DNA from: Penicillus capitatus
Lineage: Eukaryota; Plantae; Chlorophyta
Direction: 5' to 3'
Assembly: GCA_965649825.1 (NCBI GenBank)
Contig: OZ287694.1
Coordinates: forward strand, 495,197-559,196
DNA: 64,000 bases
Below, piece by piece: positions 49,601-62,700 of this stretch. How positions within the stretch are numbered: the first letter of the stretch is position 1; each line of letters opens with the position of its first letter. Below the pieces are notes generated by a model, which was not told where the DNA came from, did not search any database, and saw only the letters and a list, made by a program, of their open reading frames with translations. A program made the position numbers and the translations under genes.

Positions 49601-52600
49601 TTCGGATCTTCCTTGTTCAACTGTGGATTTATTTATGAGAATCGAGGAGCCTTTGAATGCTGCGGCAAAACCACCATAGCTTCTCGCAACGCTAAGGGCG
49701 AATTGCGATTGTGAGATGCTCAGAGTGGAATTCCATGCCCAAACGAAGCCCCCAGTTTTGGAACTGCAGTTGACGGCGCTGGCGTGCTCCATTTTTGCCG
49801 TGGAGTTTGTCGTGTACATGAATCCTCCAAACGTCGCGCTATTGTCGGCCGCCTTCGTATGTTTTAGTATGAAATTCGATTCTACGGCGCGCACGAAACC
49901 ACCCCGTTTTGCGCTGTTGTTGGCCGCTTTCGTCTCGTCCAGCTTCACCGTCGAGCTCTGCGTCAGCACAAATCCTCCACTATCTTGTGCACTGTTGGAA
50001 GTCGCGATGGTGTGCTCGAGCGTCACGTTCGATTCTTCAACTTCCATGAAACCGCCAAACTTCGCGTTGTTGCTTGCTGCTTTTGTCTCTTGCAGCAATA
50101 CTGTCGAGCTCCATGCATTCATGAACCCGCCCCACCCTTGTGCACTGTTGGCGATTGCGTTCGTGTGCTCGAGCGTCACGTTCGATTGTGCTACGACCAT
50201 GAACCCGCCACCTTCTTGTGCACTATTTGCAATGGCTTTAGTGCGGGTGAGTGTCACATTCGATTCATGTGTACCCATAAATCCTCCTGCTCTCGCTCTG
50301 TTGCCGACTGCGATCGTCTCTTGCAGCAATATAGTCGAGCTCCACGCCATCATGAACCCGCCGAGCTCAGCGGTGTTGTTGGCCGCTCTAGTGCCGTTTA
50401 GCTTCACAGTCGAGTTCCACATCGATACGAACCCGCCATTCTCTTGTGCACTGTTGGCAGTCGCGTTGGTGCTCTCAAGCGACACGTTCGATTTTTCAAC
50501 TTGCATGAACCCGCCCCGCTTCGCGTTGTTGTTTGCCGCTTTAGTGCCGTCCAGCTTCACAGTCGAGTTCTTTATCGATATAAACCCGCCGTACTCTTGT
50601 GCACTGTTGCCGACTGCGTTGGTGCTCTCAAGCGACACGTTCGATTCTCCAACATGCATGAACCCGCCGTACTGCAGAGCAGTGTTGAAAGTCGCGTTGG
50701 TGTGCTTGAGCGTCGCGTTCGACTCTCCAACTTGCATGAAGCCGCCCTGCTTCGCGTTGTTGTTTGCCGCTTTGGTGAGCGCGAGTGTCACAGTCGAGTT
50801 CTTCATCGATATGAACCCGCCGTACTCTTGTGCACTGTTGCCGACTGCGTTGGTGCGATCAAGTTTCACATTCGAACCATAAGCACGCATAAACCCGCCG
50901 TACTCTTGTGCACTGTTGCCAACTGCGTTGGTGTCCCTGAGCGACACGTTCGATTCTTCTACTTTAATGAACCCGCCCCGCTTCGCGTTGTTGTTGGCCG
51001 CTCTAGTGCCGTCCAGCTTCACAGTCGAGCTCCCTATTGATATGAACCCGCCGTACTTTTGCGCACTGTTGGCTGTCGCGTTGGTGTCTTCCAACTCTAT
51101 GGTCGAGTCCAGCGTCAACATGAACCCGCCATGCTTTTCCGCAATGTTTGCGGTCGCGTTGGTGTGCTTGAGCATCGCGTTCGATTCTTCAACTTGCATG
51201 AAGCCGCCCTGCTTCGCGTTGTTGCCGGCCGCTTTCGTGCTGTCCATCTTCACAGTCAATCTCCACCCATAGATAAACCCGCCTAACTCCCGAGCAGTGT
51301 TGAAAGTCGCGTTGGTGTGCTTGAGCGTCGCGTTCGACTCTCCAACTTGCATGAAGCCGCCCTGCTTCGCGTTGTTGCCGGCCGCTTCGGTACCGTTTAG
51401 CTTCACAGTCGAGTTCCACATCGATACGAACCCGCCGTACTCTTGTGCACTGTTGGCTGTCGCGTTGGTGTCTTCCAACTCTATGGTCGAGTCAAACGTC
51501 AACATGAATCCACCACTCTGGGTCGCAATGTTTGCGGTCGCATTGGTGTGCTTGAGCGTCGCGTTCGATTCTTCAACTTGCATGAAGCCGCCCCGCTTCG
51601 CGCTGTTGTTGGCCGCTTTGGTGAGCGCGAGTGTCACAGTCGAGTTCTTCATCGATATGAACCCGCCGTACTCTTTTGCACTGTTGCCGACTGCGTTGGT
51701 GCGATCAAGTTTCACATTCGAATCATAAGCACGCATAAACCCGCCGTACTCTTGTGCACTGTTGCCAACTGCGTTGGTGCTCTCAAGCGACACGTTCGAT
51801 TCTTCAACTTTCATAAACCCGCCACGCTCTTGTGCACTGTTGGCAGTCGCGTTGGTGTCTTTCAACTCTACCGTCGAGTAAAACGTCAACATGAATCCAC
51901 CACTCTGGGTCGCAATGTTTGCGGTCGCATTGGTGTGCTTGAGCGTCGCGTTCGATTCTTCAACTTGCATGAAGCCGCCCCGCTTCGCGTTGTTGTTGGC
52001 CGCTTTCGTGCTATCCATCTTCACAGTCAATCTCCACCCATAGATGAATCCGCCTAACTCCCGAGCAGTGTTGAAAGTCGCGTTGGTGTGCTTGAGCGTC
52101 GCGTTCGATTCTTCAACGGCTATGAAACCACCCCATCTCGCGTTGTTGCCGACTGCGTTGGTGCGATCAAGCATCGCATTTGAACCATAAGCACACACAA
52201 ACCCGCCATGCTCTTGTGCACTGTTTGCAGTGGCATTCGTGTCTTCCAACTCTACGACTGAGTTCAGCGTCAACATGAACCCGCAATGCTTTTCCGCAAT
52301 GTTTGCGGTCGCGTTGGTGTGCTGGAGCGCCGCGTTCGATTCTCCAACGGCTATGAAACCACCCCAACTCGCGTTGTTGCCGGCAGCTTCGGTGCCGTCC
52401 AGCTTCACAGTCGAGCTCCACGCCATCATGAACCCGCCGAACTCGGCGGTGTTGTTGGCCGCTTTAGTGCCGTTTAGCTTCACAGTCGAGTTCTTCATCG
52501 ATATGAACCCGCCGTACTCTTTTGCACTATTGCCGACCGCATTCGTGTCGTCTAGCTTCACCGTCGAGTTGAACACCATCATGAATCCTCCGTTTTCTTG

Positions 52601-54138
52601 TGCGCTATTGGCATTCGAGATTGTGTGCATGAACTTTGCTTCTGAGTCTTCTACGTAGACGCATGTTCCATTATCAAAGCCGACATTTTCGTTGAAAATG
52701 GACCCGGAGACGGAGATTTTCGATTCTTTGGCGAAAATTGCGACTCCTCCGAAGCCTTCATTTGCAACGAAGGCGCATTCTTCCATTTGAACAGACGACT
52801 TGACCAAATGAAAGCAGTGGTTCTTTGTGGCTTCGACGATCCGTGTACCCAGAAAATTCCGTTCGAACGACGCATTCGACACTGTGAGAGAGCCATCTTG
52901 AATTTTGACGCCGCCGATCTCGTTTTTTCGAACCGTGAATCCTTGGATCGTGGTGTTGGATGAAGCAGCACCAAAGAGCAAGGAGGATTGCTGCCCCTTG
53001 GTCTTGGCCATTTTGTTTTCGAAAGCGGTGCAGTTTTCCAACCGGTTCTTCTTTCCGAGATGGACCCCGCAAGATTTGCCAGAACAGACGTTCTCCGTGA
53101 TCTCCACTCCCACCATTTCAAGTTCGAAACACGACGAGGAGGGCATTCGAAGTCCGGAAGCCGCAATCAGCTCGTTCTTTCGGAAGACGACTCGGTGCAG
53201 AGCTATGAGGCCGTAGGTGTCTTGGGAATGGCATGCTTCGACGTCAACAACCGCTTGGGATCCATCCGTGCCGTCGAATGCACACTCTTCAATGACGAGA
53301 TCGACGAAAGTGACATTCATGGACCTGCAAGCGAAACGAGAATGACCATCATTCTCGCTCGACGCGGTCTTACTGGACGAGAAAGAGGCCAGAGTTCTTG
53401 TGAGGACATGTGAATGTTGTCTTTGTTTTTGGGCTGGGATTGACGCCGTCGTTAGAGTCGGCGTCTTCGACTTGGGTCATAAGGGTCAGTTGCCAGGGAA
53501 TGGTGACTCGCGACGGTGGGCGCACGACACCTGTCGCGTTAAACGACAGAACATCGCCTTCTTTGGTGCAGTTGACAATCTTTTGGAGATCGTTGTCGAT
53601 TTCCTTAAGCACGGTGCCGTCGACGAGCCACGTTTTGCTGTCGGCTGTCGTGTATCTTTCTGTAGCATCATGCGTCAACGCACATTCAAAACCTGACACG
53701 CCAGAACACCATCGAAAATCGGCATTCGGCACATTGAATGGAAGAAGCCGAACCTGTAATGATTCCATGACCAGACGCGTTGACCTGAGAAGGGACGCGC
53801 GCCTCGTTTACCATCTAGAGACAAAAAACAAGATGTTCAATGCCTTTACTGCCGAATGGCGGCAGGCGAATCCGAACATTACCTTTCGAACGAGGTCGAC
53901 AGAGAAAGCTGTGGGTGTTTTAGAAAGCCTGAGTGGCGGTTCGTCGTCCGTTTTGCCTAAAACAGCAAACAGCACTGCTGACGAGTCGCAGCGAAGCTAG
54001 CGTTAGAAAACCGTCTTTGGCAGAAGCGGCATCTGGAGGACGCGGGTGCGCGCTTTGAACAGCGCGTGATATTCCGACTCCATGCGCGAAGGCGCAGCAG
54101 AGCAGACAGAGCTTGAGGCAAGACAGAGTTCTTCGCAT
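46621..54138 (-). CDS. Large PMP-like beta-helix + Cys-rich + multi-TM receptor-like protein, receptor 2
   Basis: Signal peptide MRRTLSCLKLCLLCCAFAHG. N-domain WLVDG..C..GD is shared with receptor 1. The 1678-aa ORF 53320-48284 carries the GGF repeats and CKPCPENGNC, followed by GHTGPLCGSC and the TM exon 47718-46621 (YWEVAIVARK). Exons splice in frame. Confidence 0.9.
49770..52610 (-). repeat. Coding array of about 37 modules of 75/78 bp (25/26 aa; N-x-A-x(2-3)-GGF-x5-S-(T/N)-x-x-L-x-x-T-x-A-x-x)
   Basis: Read directly from the ORF translation. Several modules recur nearly verbatim in non-adjacent positions. Confidence 0.95.
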
Positions 54139-55499
54139 TTTCAAGACGAGAGAGCGTCTGAACGTATCGTTGCAGAATGCGTCGTTTCGTTCGACGCGAG
54201 TCATTAACGACGGATTGATGCGACGAACGAAAAGACAGATGCATTAATCCGTCGCCATAAAGCGGCGAGCTCTGTGTCGGTAGACGTTAACGTCACCGAG
54301 GTCGAGGTATCGTTTTATCTGGTGCTGTCCACGAAGCATCGACTGCTATGACATTGCACGATCTGACCGACACGGCTGCAGATATCCAGTGCTCGAGATT
54401 TAAACATAAATCGTCATCAACTGCATGCATCCGAGACACAGTGGGGCCGTGCTGCGCTCGATTCACGGCTGCTGCAAACGACCGACGATTTCAGATTTCT
54501 GACGAGGGCCACGCGGAAGTGTGAGCTCCAGTGAGAATCCTTCAATCAGCCTTCCATGTCGCCTGTCATCTGCGCTTGTCTTTTCGACAGAAATCAAGAG
54601 TGCCTTCCTGTCACACTGGAGCAACATGGATTCCAGATCCACTTGTGGAAGGCAAAGCTTACCGGAGCATGAAAATCGCAAACGTCGCGTGTCTTCCTGG
54701 CAGAGCGAGCCACTGAGTCGACAGGAAACATCTGGTTACGTCCGTCACATCGTCAGTCTGGACATCATGTCAAGTGTTTCAGATCGTGTGTGCATCAAAG
54801 TCGTCGACCAGTCATTCCGGATGCCACCAGGATTCTCTGCCCTTTTCGATTCTTTGTCCCAATCAGGTCAGCTGGGTGCGATACTGATGCAGTTCCGTCT
54901 TTACGACGGAGTCAGATCCACATGTCGATCCTCAGCCATGCATCTGAGCTGGAGGGTGCGGGATTGGACAGATGAGCCCTCAGCGCCGACAGGTCGACAG
55001 TGGGTTAACGACTGCTCCAAACACAACGCAACAGTCACATCCGAAACGCAACGCAAGAGACCGTACCTACCTTCCGATTCGATCTACGTCTGCAGCACGA
55101 TGGCATTTGCGTCGCTTCTGTCGTAAGACGACTCTCGACTTTTTTTTGTGGCTGAAGGAAGAATCAATCTTTGGCGGCGATACTGAGGTGACAGCTGTCT
55201 TGTCAGTTATCGGAAGGGGCTGTCTGTCCGATCTTCTTGGGTGCTTTCGATGCCCTGCTGGTGGTTCCGAACTTCTCGCCCGAGTGTCTATTGATAAGTC
55301 TGAACACTTCTTCAAAGCATGCTCCTCGAGCAGTCTCTTCCTTCCGGATTGCATTGGAATCAGAGACAGCCCTTCATTTCCCAGTGTCACACTCCATTCT
55401 GTCGTTCACATTTTGCCGACATGGAGAGAAATTGATAACGAGACCTGTTGCAGTCACGGGCCGGGACCAAAACAGCATGTGCATCCATCCATCCTACGC

Positions 55500-55760
55500 A
55501 TGTGACACAGGACACAACTTCGACGCTTCGTCATGTCCGTGGCATGAATATCGAGAACGTATGGCTGGTGGATGGCATCTTTCGCGAGACAGGAAACGAC
55601 TCGATCGGAGAGATAGACTGCGCAACGATAACGTTGCAGTCCAGCGGGCGAACGTGTTGGATGCCGTAGACGGCAGGCAGCCACGCACGCGTACAGTCAC
55701 TGATGACGTGGTAGTACGACCACTCCGGCTGTCGCTGCCCCGTCACATCTGTTGGTTGAA
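55500..55760 (+). pseudogene. Relic of a PMP-like receptor N-terminal domain
   Basis: VTQDTTS..ENVWLVDGIFRETGND..IDC and VVRPLRLSLP resemble LTHDATE..KTWLVDGTVLKEIDND..VNC..VVRPPSRVTIP of receptor 2. Stops and frameshifts are present. Confidence 0.4.
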
Positions 55761-57421
55761 TTTGCTTCGTTCACTGGCACGGCCATCGCTGAGAGGGATA
55801 TCTTAAATTCAAATCAAAACCTAGACAGAGATACCCCTTCAGTTAGAGAGCATTAGTAGGATATAGAAATGCAAGAATACCTTGAGTTTGCAGAGGTTAT
55901 GGAATCGTCGGAGATTGGCACCCTCAAAGATGCACACCAGTGAGCTCTGTTCGCCTCCTACCTGCGAAAATCCGGCATGCCGTCCGTCTCAGACCCCGCA
56001 GGTACATTCCTCCTTGAAGAATAGCAGCTACACGACACAAGAGCATAGCTTCAGAACTGCGGGCGTGTTGCTACATCTGTCGTACATTCTGACATAGATG
56101 ACTCCATTCATGCAGCTCTGTCAACGCAGTCGACAGATTTAATAAAGTCAATTCTCCAAATCATCTCGAACGCAGCAACTGAAGTTTCACATGAATGCGC
56201 AGTCACAAGGTTCCATCATTGGAGATCGCTAAATTGAAAACAGTTAATGTACGACAAGGTCGACAGCGACAGGCCAACACCTGTTTGCCATAGATGTCTG
56301 ACGGCATTGCGGGAGGACCCCTTACGATCCGTTTTAGAACGCAGATGCGTGCTCACGACACTCCTGTCGGGCCGCGTACGGATGCCGATAATGACGACGC
56401 CAGCAGGTGATACAATGACGATCCTCAGTCCATCGTCTGCCGGTATCTTCGTCAGAATCCAAATACCCGAACTCGCAGACTCTTCGTTCGACAACAAAGC
56501 TCGGTTCATCCTCAGTGGACACATCCAAAGGGATAAGACAATGCGAACGGGGTCGAGAACGACATGTGCTGAACAGAGGATACGAACGGCACTTGAACAC
56601 TCGTCGTTTCAGTCGCTGTCGCGTTTCGTACCGGATGGGACACTCTCACTGCAAGCGAAGAAGTATTAGAAACGCCCAACAGCATCACAGTCAACATGGA
56701 TCATCTTGGCATTCATAGTATAACATTGATTCTCTCTTCTATGGATTAAGAGGCCGGAAACATCCGAACCGTCTTCCTAGGCGCATTTCGACTTAAAGAC
56801 CTGTCTATCTACGGATGTCTACATGAAACCTTTCGATTTGCTTAACACGCATGCGGTTTTACGGCAAGGCTGCTGTATTGTACTATAAAGCCATCGATAT
56901 TGTAAAGGGTATGGCAAATGCCAGGCCATGCATGCCCTACTCTTATGGGTTCCGCAGACAAGTGGTACGTGCGTGACCACGAAGCAGGCCTACGATAAGC
57001 GAGGTTCTGTGTCGATCACTGTTTCGCGCTCTATAGTGTCGATTGCGCCGTTCTCCGTTCGATAAGAAGAGCAGACGTGAAACCTAGAAGACACGTCGGC
57101 GGTGTACGGGAAGAAATGGTAACGCCGAACACGATTCCGTCTCTGCCCACTAGGCTGCTTTTCTTTCAGGGATCTTGGTCGCGTCGCGCTGGGCAGGCGA
57201 CAGAATCTACTGGCTATGACAACGGTGTTTGCCATTCATGATCCCTCCTCGGGTTGCTGCAAGGCGACGAATCTCCTTCCACAACTGGAGATGAATATGA
57301 AGACGCCACAGAACGCATCCTGTCACATCAACGCCAACGGAAGGAAGATGGCATGCAAGGTTGAGCGAAGAGAAATGTATCTACAGAGGACGTCAGTGGA
57401 AACACAGCAGCCTGTCCGCGA

Positions 57422-58174
57422 TGCGTCCTCCTCTCGTCAGAGCCGACGCATTCGACGTAGGCGAAGACGGCATGAACACACATCTCTGGGAAAGATACTA
57501 CACGTACTGCCTTGCAGCTCGTCTTCACTTCGATCAAGAGAATGCGGATTCAAAGATCAAGTCAATGACAAATGGCAAGCAAGGGCCTGGGAGTTTTCTA
57601 CAGAGCAAGATGGACAGCATTTGTTGGGTGACCGGAGAGGTTTCTGCGCCAAAACACCGACCAATGACTGATCGTTATCTCCAGGGTGCGTCTTTCGGCT
57701 GCAGCCGCTTCCATGAATGGTTTACTGTACGTTACAGTGGAGTTCGATCCATCATCTGTCAGAGGACGTGTTCAGATTCTAGATGGTCACGGGGTTCTCA
57801 CGGAAGAACTGGATTCTGCGGCCGAGCATGGTTGGATCACTTTTCTCTCACACTTTCCGCCTGCGACGGGAGGCATTTTTGCAACAAACGTGCTGCGGCC
57901 AGAAAGAAAGCGCGTTAATCATCTTTACCCCTTGCTCGTCAGAGGATCGACAGAGCAAGATGGAGATGTGCGTCGGTTTCGAGTTCTTCTCTCAGCGCTA
58001 TCAAGTGGGAGTGATACGAGGTTCGGGGGAGAAACTTGCGGTATGTGCATTTTTACGCTATCATTATCGACGGAGCGTGTTTCACACGTGCGGCGCGTTT
58101 TTTCTCTCCATGGTCTCTTTCGTGTCGGTAAGTCTCTTTGTCAGCGCCGTTGCTACTGTATCGTTCATTATTAA
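57422..58174 (+). CDS. Hypothetical protein (spliced, unidentified; ends uncertain)
   Basis: ORFs 57361 and 57686 are joined in frame by a 52-nt GT-AG intron (57686-57737): ..MTDRYLQ|VEFDPSSVRGRVQILDGHG.. Confidence 0.4.
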
Positions 58175-58480
58175 AACGTCACTGTCGCCGCTTGTGTACC
58201 ATTGATACGACATTCTTCTCGTTGTCTAGCAGAAGATGGCGTGAAAAGACAGCTGCGCTTACCACGGATGCGTGATCTGGCGTCTAGGAGAATCCCAGTC
58301 GGTCTTTGCAGAAATGCGGTATTGAAGGCTTTTCTCGTTGAAGGAAATGCGAGGATGACCGGATTCGAATCTGAGTTTACTTTCGCCGACTGCAACAGGG
58401 AAATCCGCCTTTCCAAGCTCTCTACGCGTCAGTCTGAATGTCAGATCCGTGTTGTTTCGTTTCAGACATTCTAGACGGAT

Positions 58481-58960
58481 CTAACAGGCTTTTTGGCCTT
58501 TTTGTCTTTGGTCTTCTTCCGTACCCCTACGCGACCTGCGGAGTACTCGACCGTGTCGTCTACGGATGCTCAGGGGATTGCCTACGGTAGCGGCGGCCGT
58601 CTCAGGGAAGGACGACGTTGCAGATGAGATGCCGAAAAGGAAGTGCATTCGGATGTCGCACACTTTTGCAATGTCCGTCGATGGCCCCTTTACCACCTCT
58701 TCATCCACGTCTTCCACAGCGACACATTTCTGCATACGGTTTCTCCATTGCTGCGTCGGCCTCAGGCTAAAGGCGAAGGGAGCTTGTGCAGGTCTCTTTG
58801 TGTGATACCATAGCTGGACTTCGTCAAGTACAACGTCTCGGTCGGAGAAATCGAACGACGCAATCGATTCCCAAGTGACTCGGACAGTTAGCCACACACC
58901 AACTTGCCATTCCCTCTGCCCTCCATCTACTGCCGGAGCAATCCTTGCTGTCTCAATGAG
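58481..58960 (-). CDS. Possible hypothetical protein exon
   Basis: Open frame with protein-like composition (QREWQVGVWLTVRVTWESIASFDFSDRDVVLDEVQLWYH..). No family recognised. Confidence 0.25.
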   Translation of the reverse strand, partial: LIETARIAPAVDGGQREWQVGVWLTVRVTWESIASFDFSDRDVVLDEVQLWYHTKRPAQAPFAFSLRPTQQWRNRMQKCVAVEDVDEEVVKGPSTDIAKVCDIRMHFLFGISSATSSFPETAAATVGNPLSIRRRHGRVLRRSRRGTEEDQRQKGQKAC

Positions 58961-59731
58961 ACTCCCTTATCTGAACTCTTTGTTCTCTGGCCGAGATTCC
59001 GCGCCCCAGGAGCACAGCTCCCGCGCGCTTCACGCCCACAGAAAGAACAACAACAGTCGCCGCGACAGTCGTGACGAAAACACGGCTGATGTGCATTACG
59101 CTTTCGGAATCCTCGACTCATTGGAGAGTCTGGTAAGCGAACTCCCGCATCTCTGCGGAGACATCGAGCTCGTATCACTGGAATCGCACCATCGCTATTC
59201 TTCGACGCCATCTTCCAGTTTTCCTGCCGCACACGAGGCCATCCCTAGTTCGACATGTATACTGGCATGGATAGGCGCCTTTCCCCTTAACAACAGAGTT
59301 CAGTTGGTTCTTCTTTATAGCCGAGTGGATTCAGATCTGGTTCCAGCCTCTATTCAAACTGTTCATCCTAGCTATCAGAGAATCCTCCCTTCAGGTGTCA
59401 AGATCGTTTTGTTTTCATTTGGTCGAAGTCTACGTTTGCCGCGACTGTTCTATTCAGTGCTCTCAGTCTAGTCGACGGCATATCCGTTCCTTCCCCTGTC
59501 AAAACTTGCGATTCGACGTGAAGAGGTGAATAAAGTGCCACTGCGGATCGACTATTGTTCGTCATTTAGACATGATGTACAGACACATGACGCCCAACAG
59601 CATCTCTTTGCGAATAGCATCACAGTCTCTGCCGACGCCAACACCTTTGGCAACTCTATGCTCTTCGCGGCGACATCGCTTACCGATCTTCATGTGGTTC
59701 GGCTAAGAGACCTTTAGTTGACGCGCCAGCG

Positions 59732-62700
59732 CACGAATGCACGGATATGTGTTCCCTAGTCTAAGTTTCCAAGTTGTCGGCGGCCAGGCGGCGAGTAGTT
59801 TCTCAGTTATTCAGCAGACGGATGTCATCTATTGAATCGATGATCGTTCGAAGATGGCAAGAACACGAATGGAAAATTCCTCGTCGGTACATTAAAGACG
59901 AAAGTTGCATGAATTGAATTGTTTGATCTGTCGCTTCGCAACAGCCGAGTTGCATGAATGGAAGACAAATGCGTTCGATGTCGAACAATCTATCACGGCC
60001 CATAGTATTTGTCAGACCACGTGCCGTGAAATCCGTGACCAATCGTATGCTCCAAATAAAGAATAGCAACAGGACCATCCGCAATCTTAGCGGCGTCGAG
60101 AATCGCGAATTCCGTCTTCTGACGGAATGTGTCGTAGCAAAAGGAAATAATCCACCCATCCTCCTCTTCCACTCCTCCCGGTTCTGACAAACATCACCAA
60201 CCGTTCCTGAGAATGCGTTGTCATGGTTGGCCAGACGCACTTGGTATAAAGCGCGGCTCGCCGACGAAGTAGTGCTCCCCTTTCGTCCATGTCTCCATGT
60301 CTCCGGTTTCGTGGTCGAACTGAGACACAACACGATCAATGCGAAGAAGCACGCATATGTGGAGGCACTTTTCCCAGAACTTGTGTCGCGGTGTGTGCAT
60401 CTGGATACATCAGGGTAACCGTATAGGTGTAGCGCTGACGACGTCCGACGTTGTGCGGATTCACACTGGCGAATTCCATTGCATGCGTCGTCATCTCTCT
60501 CGTCTCCACGCCGCCGTCCGGTGACAGTGTCGTTCGCTTCAACCTACGAAAAAAGTCACAGCGACAGGAAAGTCACTCGAGACGATTCAGAGACCGTGGG
60601 CCCATGTCGATATCAGGTTCGTAGACCTCGAAGCCGGACGGCTTCTGATCGGCAGTACGGCCGAAAGGGTATGTCGGATAGTGGGTCGCGTCAACGATCA
60701 CATAACCGTCCTCTTCGAAGGCGTTGATGAAGTGAAACGAGAAGGTTGTCTCCTCGAGCTGCCAACGAACATCAGACAGGTCACACAACAATGAGACGGT
60801 TGGGTAGCATGGTGTGCGTACCTGGTAGACCTTTGGTGTGGCGTCCTTCGGTACATCACCGTCGGGTGATGGACGAGGCAACAGATGAAGCTGAAACACT
60901 CGAGGTTTTCTCGTGTGTCGTCTTTTAATACAGACATCTCACTTCGTGGATGCCGCCATCTTCGAGGTCAAGCGCGTTTGCCGCGGTGGCACTCTGATCG
61001 ATGAGTTTCTTGAAATCCATTCGCATTGGAAACTGGAGATCGAGTGTTGCGAGTGAGGCAATCGCATGGCCGGCTTTACCTTGTTAATGACGTAATAGTT
61101 TTCAGTGACACCGACGGAGTGCAAAAGTGAGAGGTTGTCAAAAGAATACTTCTGTCGGGCACGAACATGCAGATCTTCGTCAATTTCGCAGAGGCTGATA
61201 TCCGTTCGTATAAATGACGAAGAGAGGGTCGGCTACAGAAAAGAACAGCTCAAAGAACAGTTAAGCGAAATGGATTTTGACCACGTATTGTGTCATAGGC
61301 AAGACAGTGACGTCACGTCGCGCATCGTATACAGCGTCGCCGACGCCGAAAACGGAATCAGCATCCAGATGACGGCAACCTAGAACGATTGGATACTTCA
61401 TTAGCGCTAATGCCATGTGCCAAACGACAAGGAATCGCGAGAGCCTCACTGGAATTCTGTGGGGAAGAGAAGAAGTGCTTCATGCCGAGATGCCATACAG
61501 TAGAGAATAGATCTTGCTTCGATCGCGGATCGATCGTCCGCAGCGTGTGAGGGTCGAGTACCGTCAAATATGCACCCTGCAAAGAAAAGCGTTTGTGAAC
61601 GACGGCGGTGTCACGCAACAGATGATGATACTTCTTGTGCGATGAGTAGTTTGTTTCCTGCCGCGATCGGCATTCCGTTTCCTGGGTTTCTGGAAAGCAT
61701 TGATACGAAAGGCAATGCGCCGTTCTTTGGCACGGATCCGAACACGCCAGTAAACAACCGCCTGCCAGCCTCCTCTTCCACCATGGTACTGCGTCACAAA
61801 GCATGATGCGACTGAGAAGTGCCGCGGGGTCGGCCCTACTGAAGTGTCCGGACAAATCTGGATCGAAAGAAGGCCTTGCCGGTTTGAATGGCGATGCTTG
61901 CGATGATGCCGTTCGCGTCGAAGAACGAACGAAACGTCTCGCCCAAGAACTCAATCTCTCCAGGGCCATTCCTATCGCCACGCGTTGGATACGAATGGCA
62001 TGAGAATCGCGTGTCCGCTACCGGAAGTAGGTGCCGTGCAGCTCTGCCGGAATTTCGCCTTCGACGTTCTCGACCCAGTATCCCTCGGGGCATTCTTCGA
62101 CGGATATGTAGGCGGAGAAGTAGCGCCTAGAAAAGCACAGAACGGTGCGACAACGACGCGTCATTCGGCAGTACGCTCTGCCGATGTTTGTTCGTGCACG
62201 CTCGTCCTCCGTTTGTTCCGCCAGAGAGGACGGCGACTGGGGACTCGGACGACTGGTGAAAGTGCATTCGGACGCTTTTGGGATGCCGGCAATGCTCTTC
62301 GGTGCCCGATTCTTGCGAGAAAAACTGCGCGGAATGCAAAACGTGGTACCAGAGACACTAGCGAGACGAACGGATTTCATGTTAACAGACAACGCGAGGG
62401 AGAAAAGTTTAGTCTCTGATCTCAAAATACAAACTAAAGATTTTGCGCTCGGGAAATCGACGTTGAACTCCAGTCATGCTAGTGTCAGCACACGTGGTTC
62501 AGACGATTCGTGCATCCATAATGCATGCCGTAGCTGATGTGACGCGTACCGCTCGAATCGATGCATTCAGTCGAACATCGCTTCAAACGATCTTGGCACC
62601 GGCTGTGTATCGTCGTGCTGCAGTCTCTGGCAATGTTCCCTTAATTCGCGTTCATGATGACCCCGGAAACCAACGAAGTGGATGATTTGGATCGGAGATG

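Noticed and set aside
49770-52610. CRISPR-like or DGR-like array
   Set aside because: The repeats are in-frame coding modules with no unique spacers, and no cas or reverse transcriptase gene was seen in the window.
49716-52658. Long plus-strand ORFs (e.g. 49716-50882, 388 aa) with MNPP repeats
   Set aside because: Antisense shadows of the repetitive minus-strand receptor exon.
58875-59471. 198-aa plus-strand ORF
   Set aside because: No recognisable features, and it overlaps an equally plausible minus-strand frame. Cannot be called.
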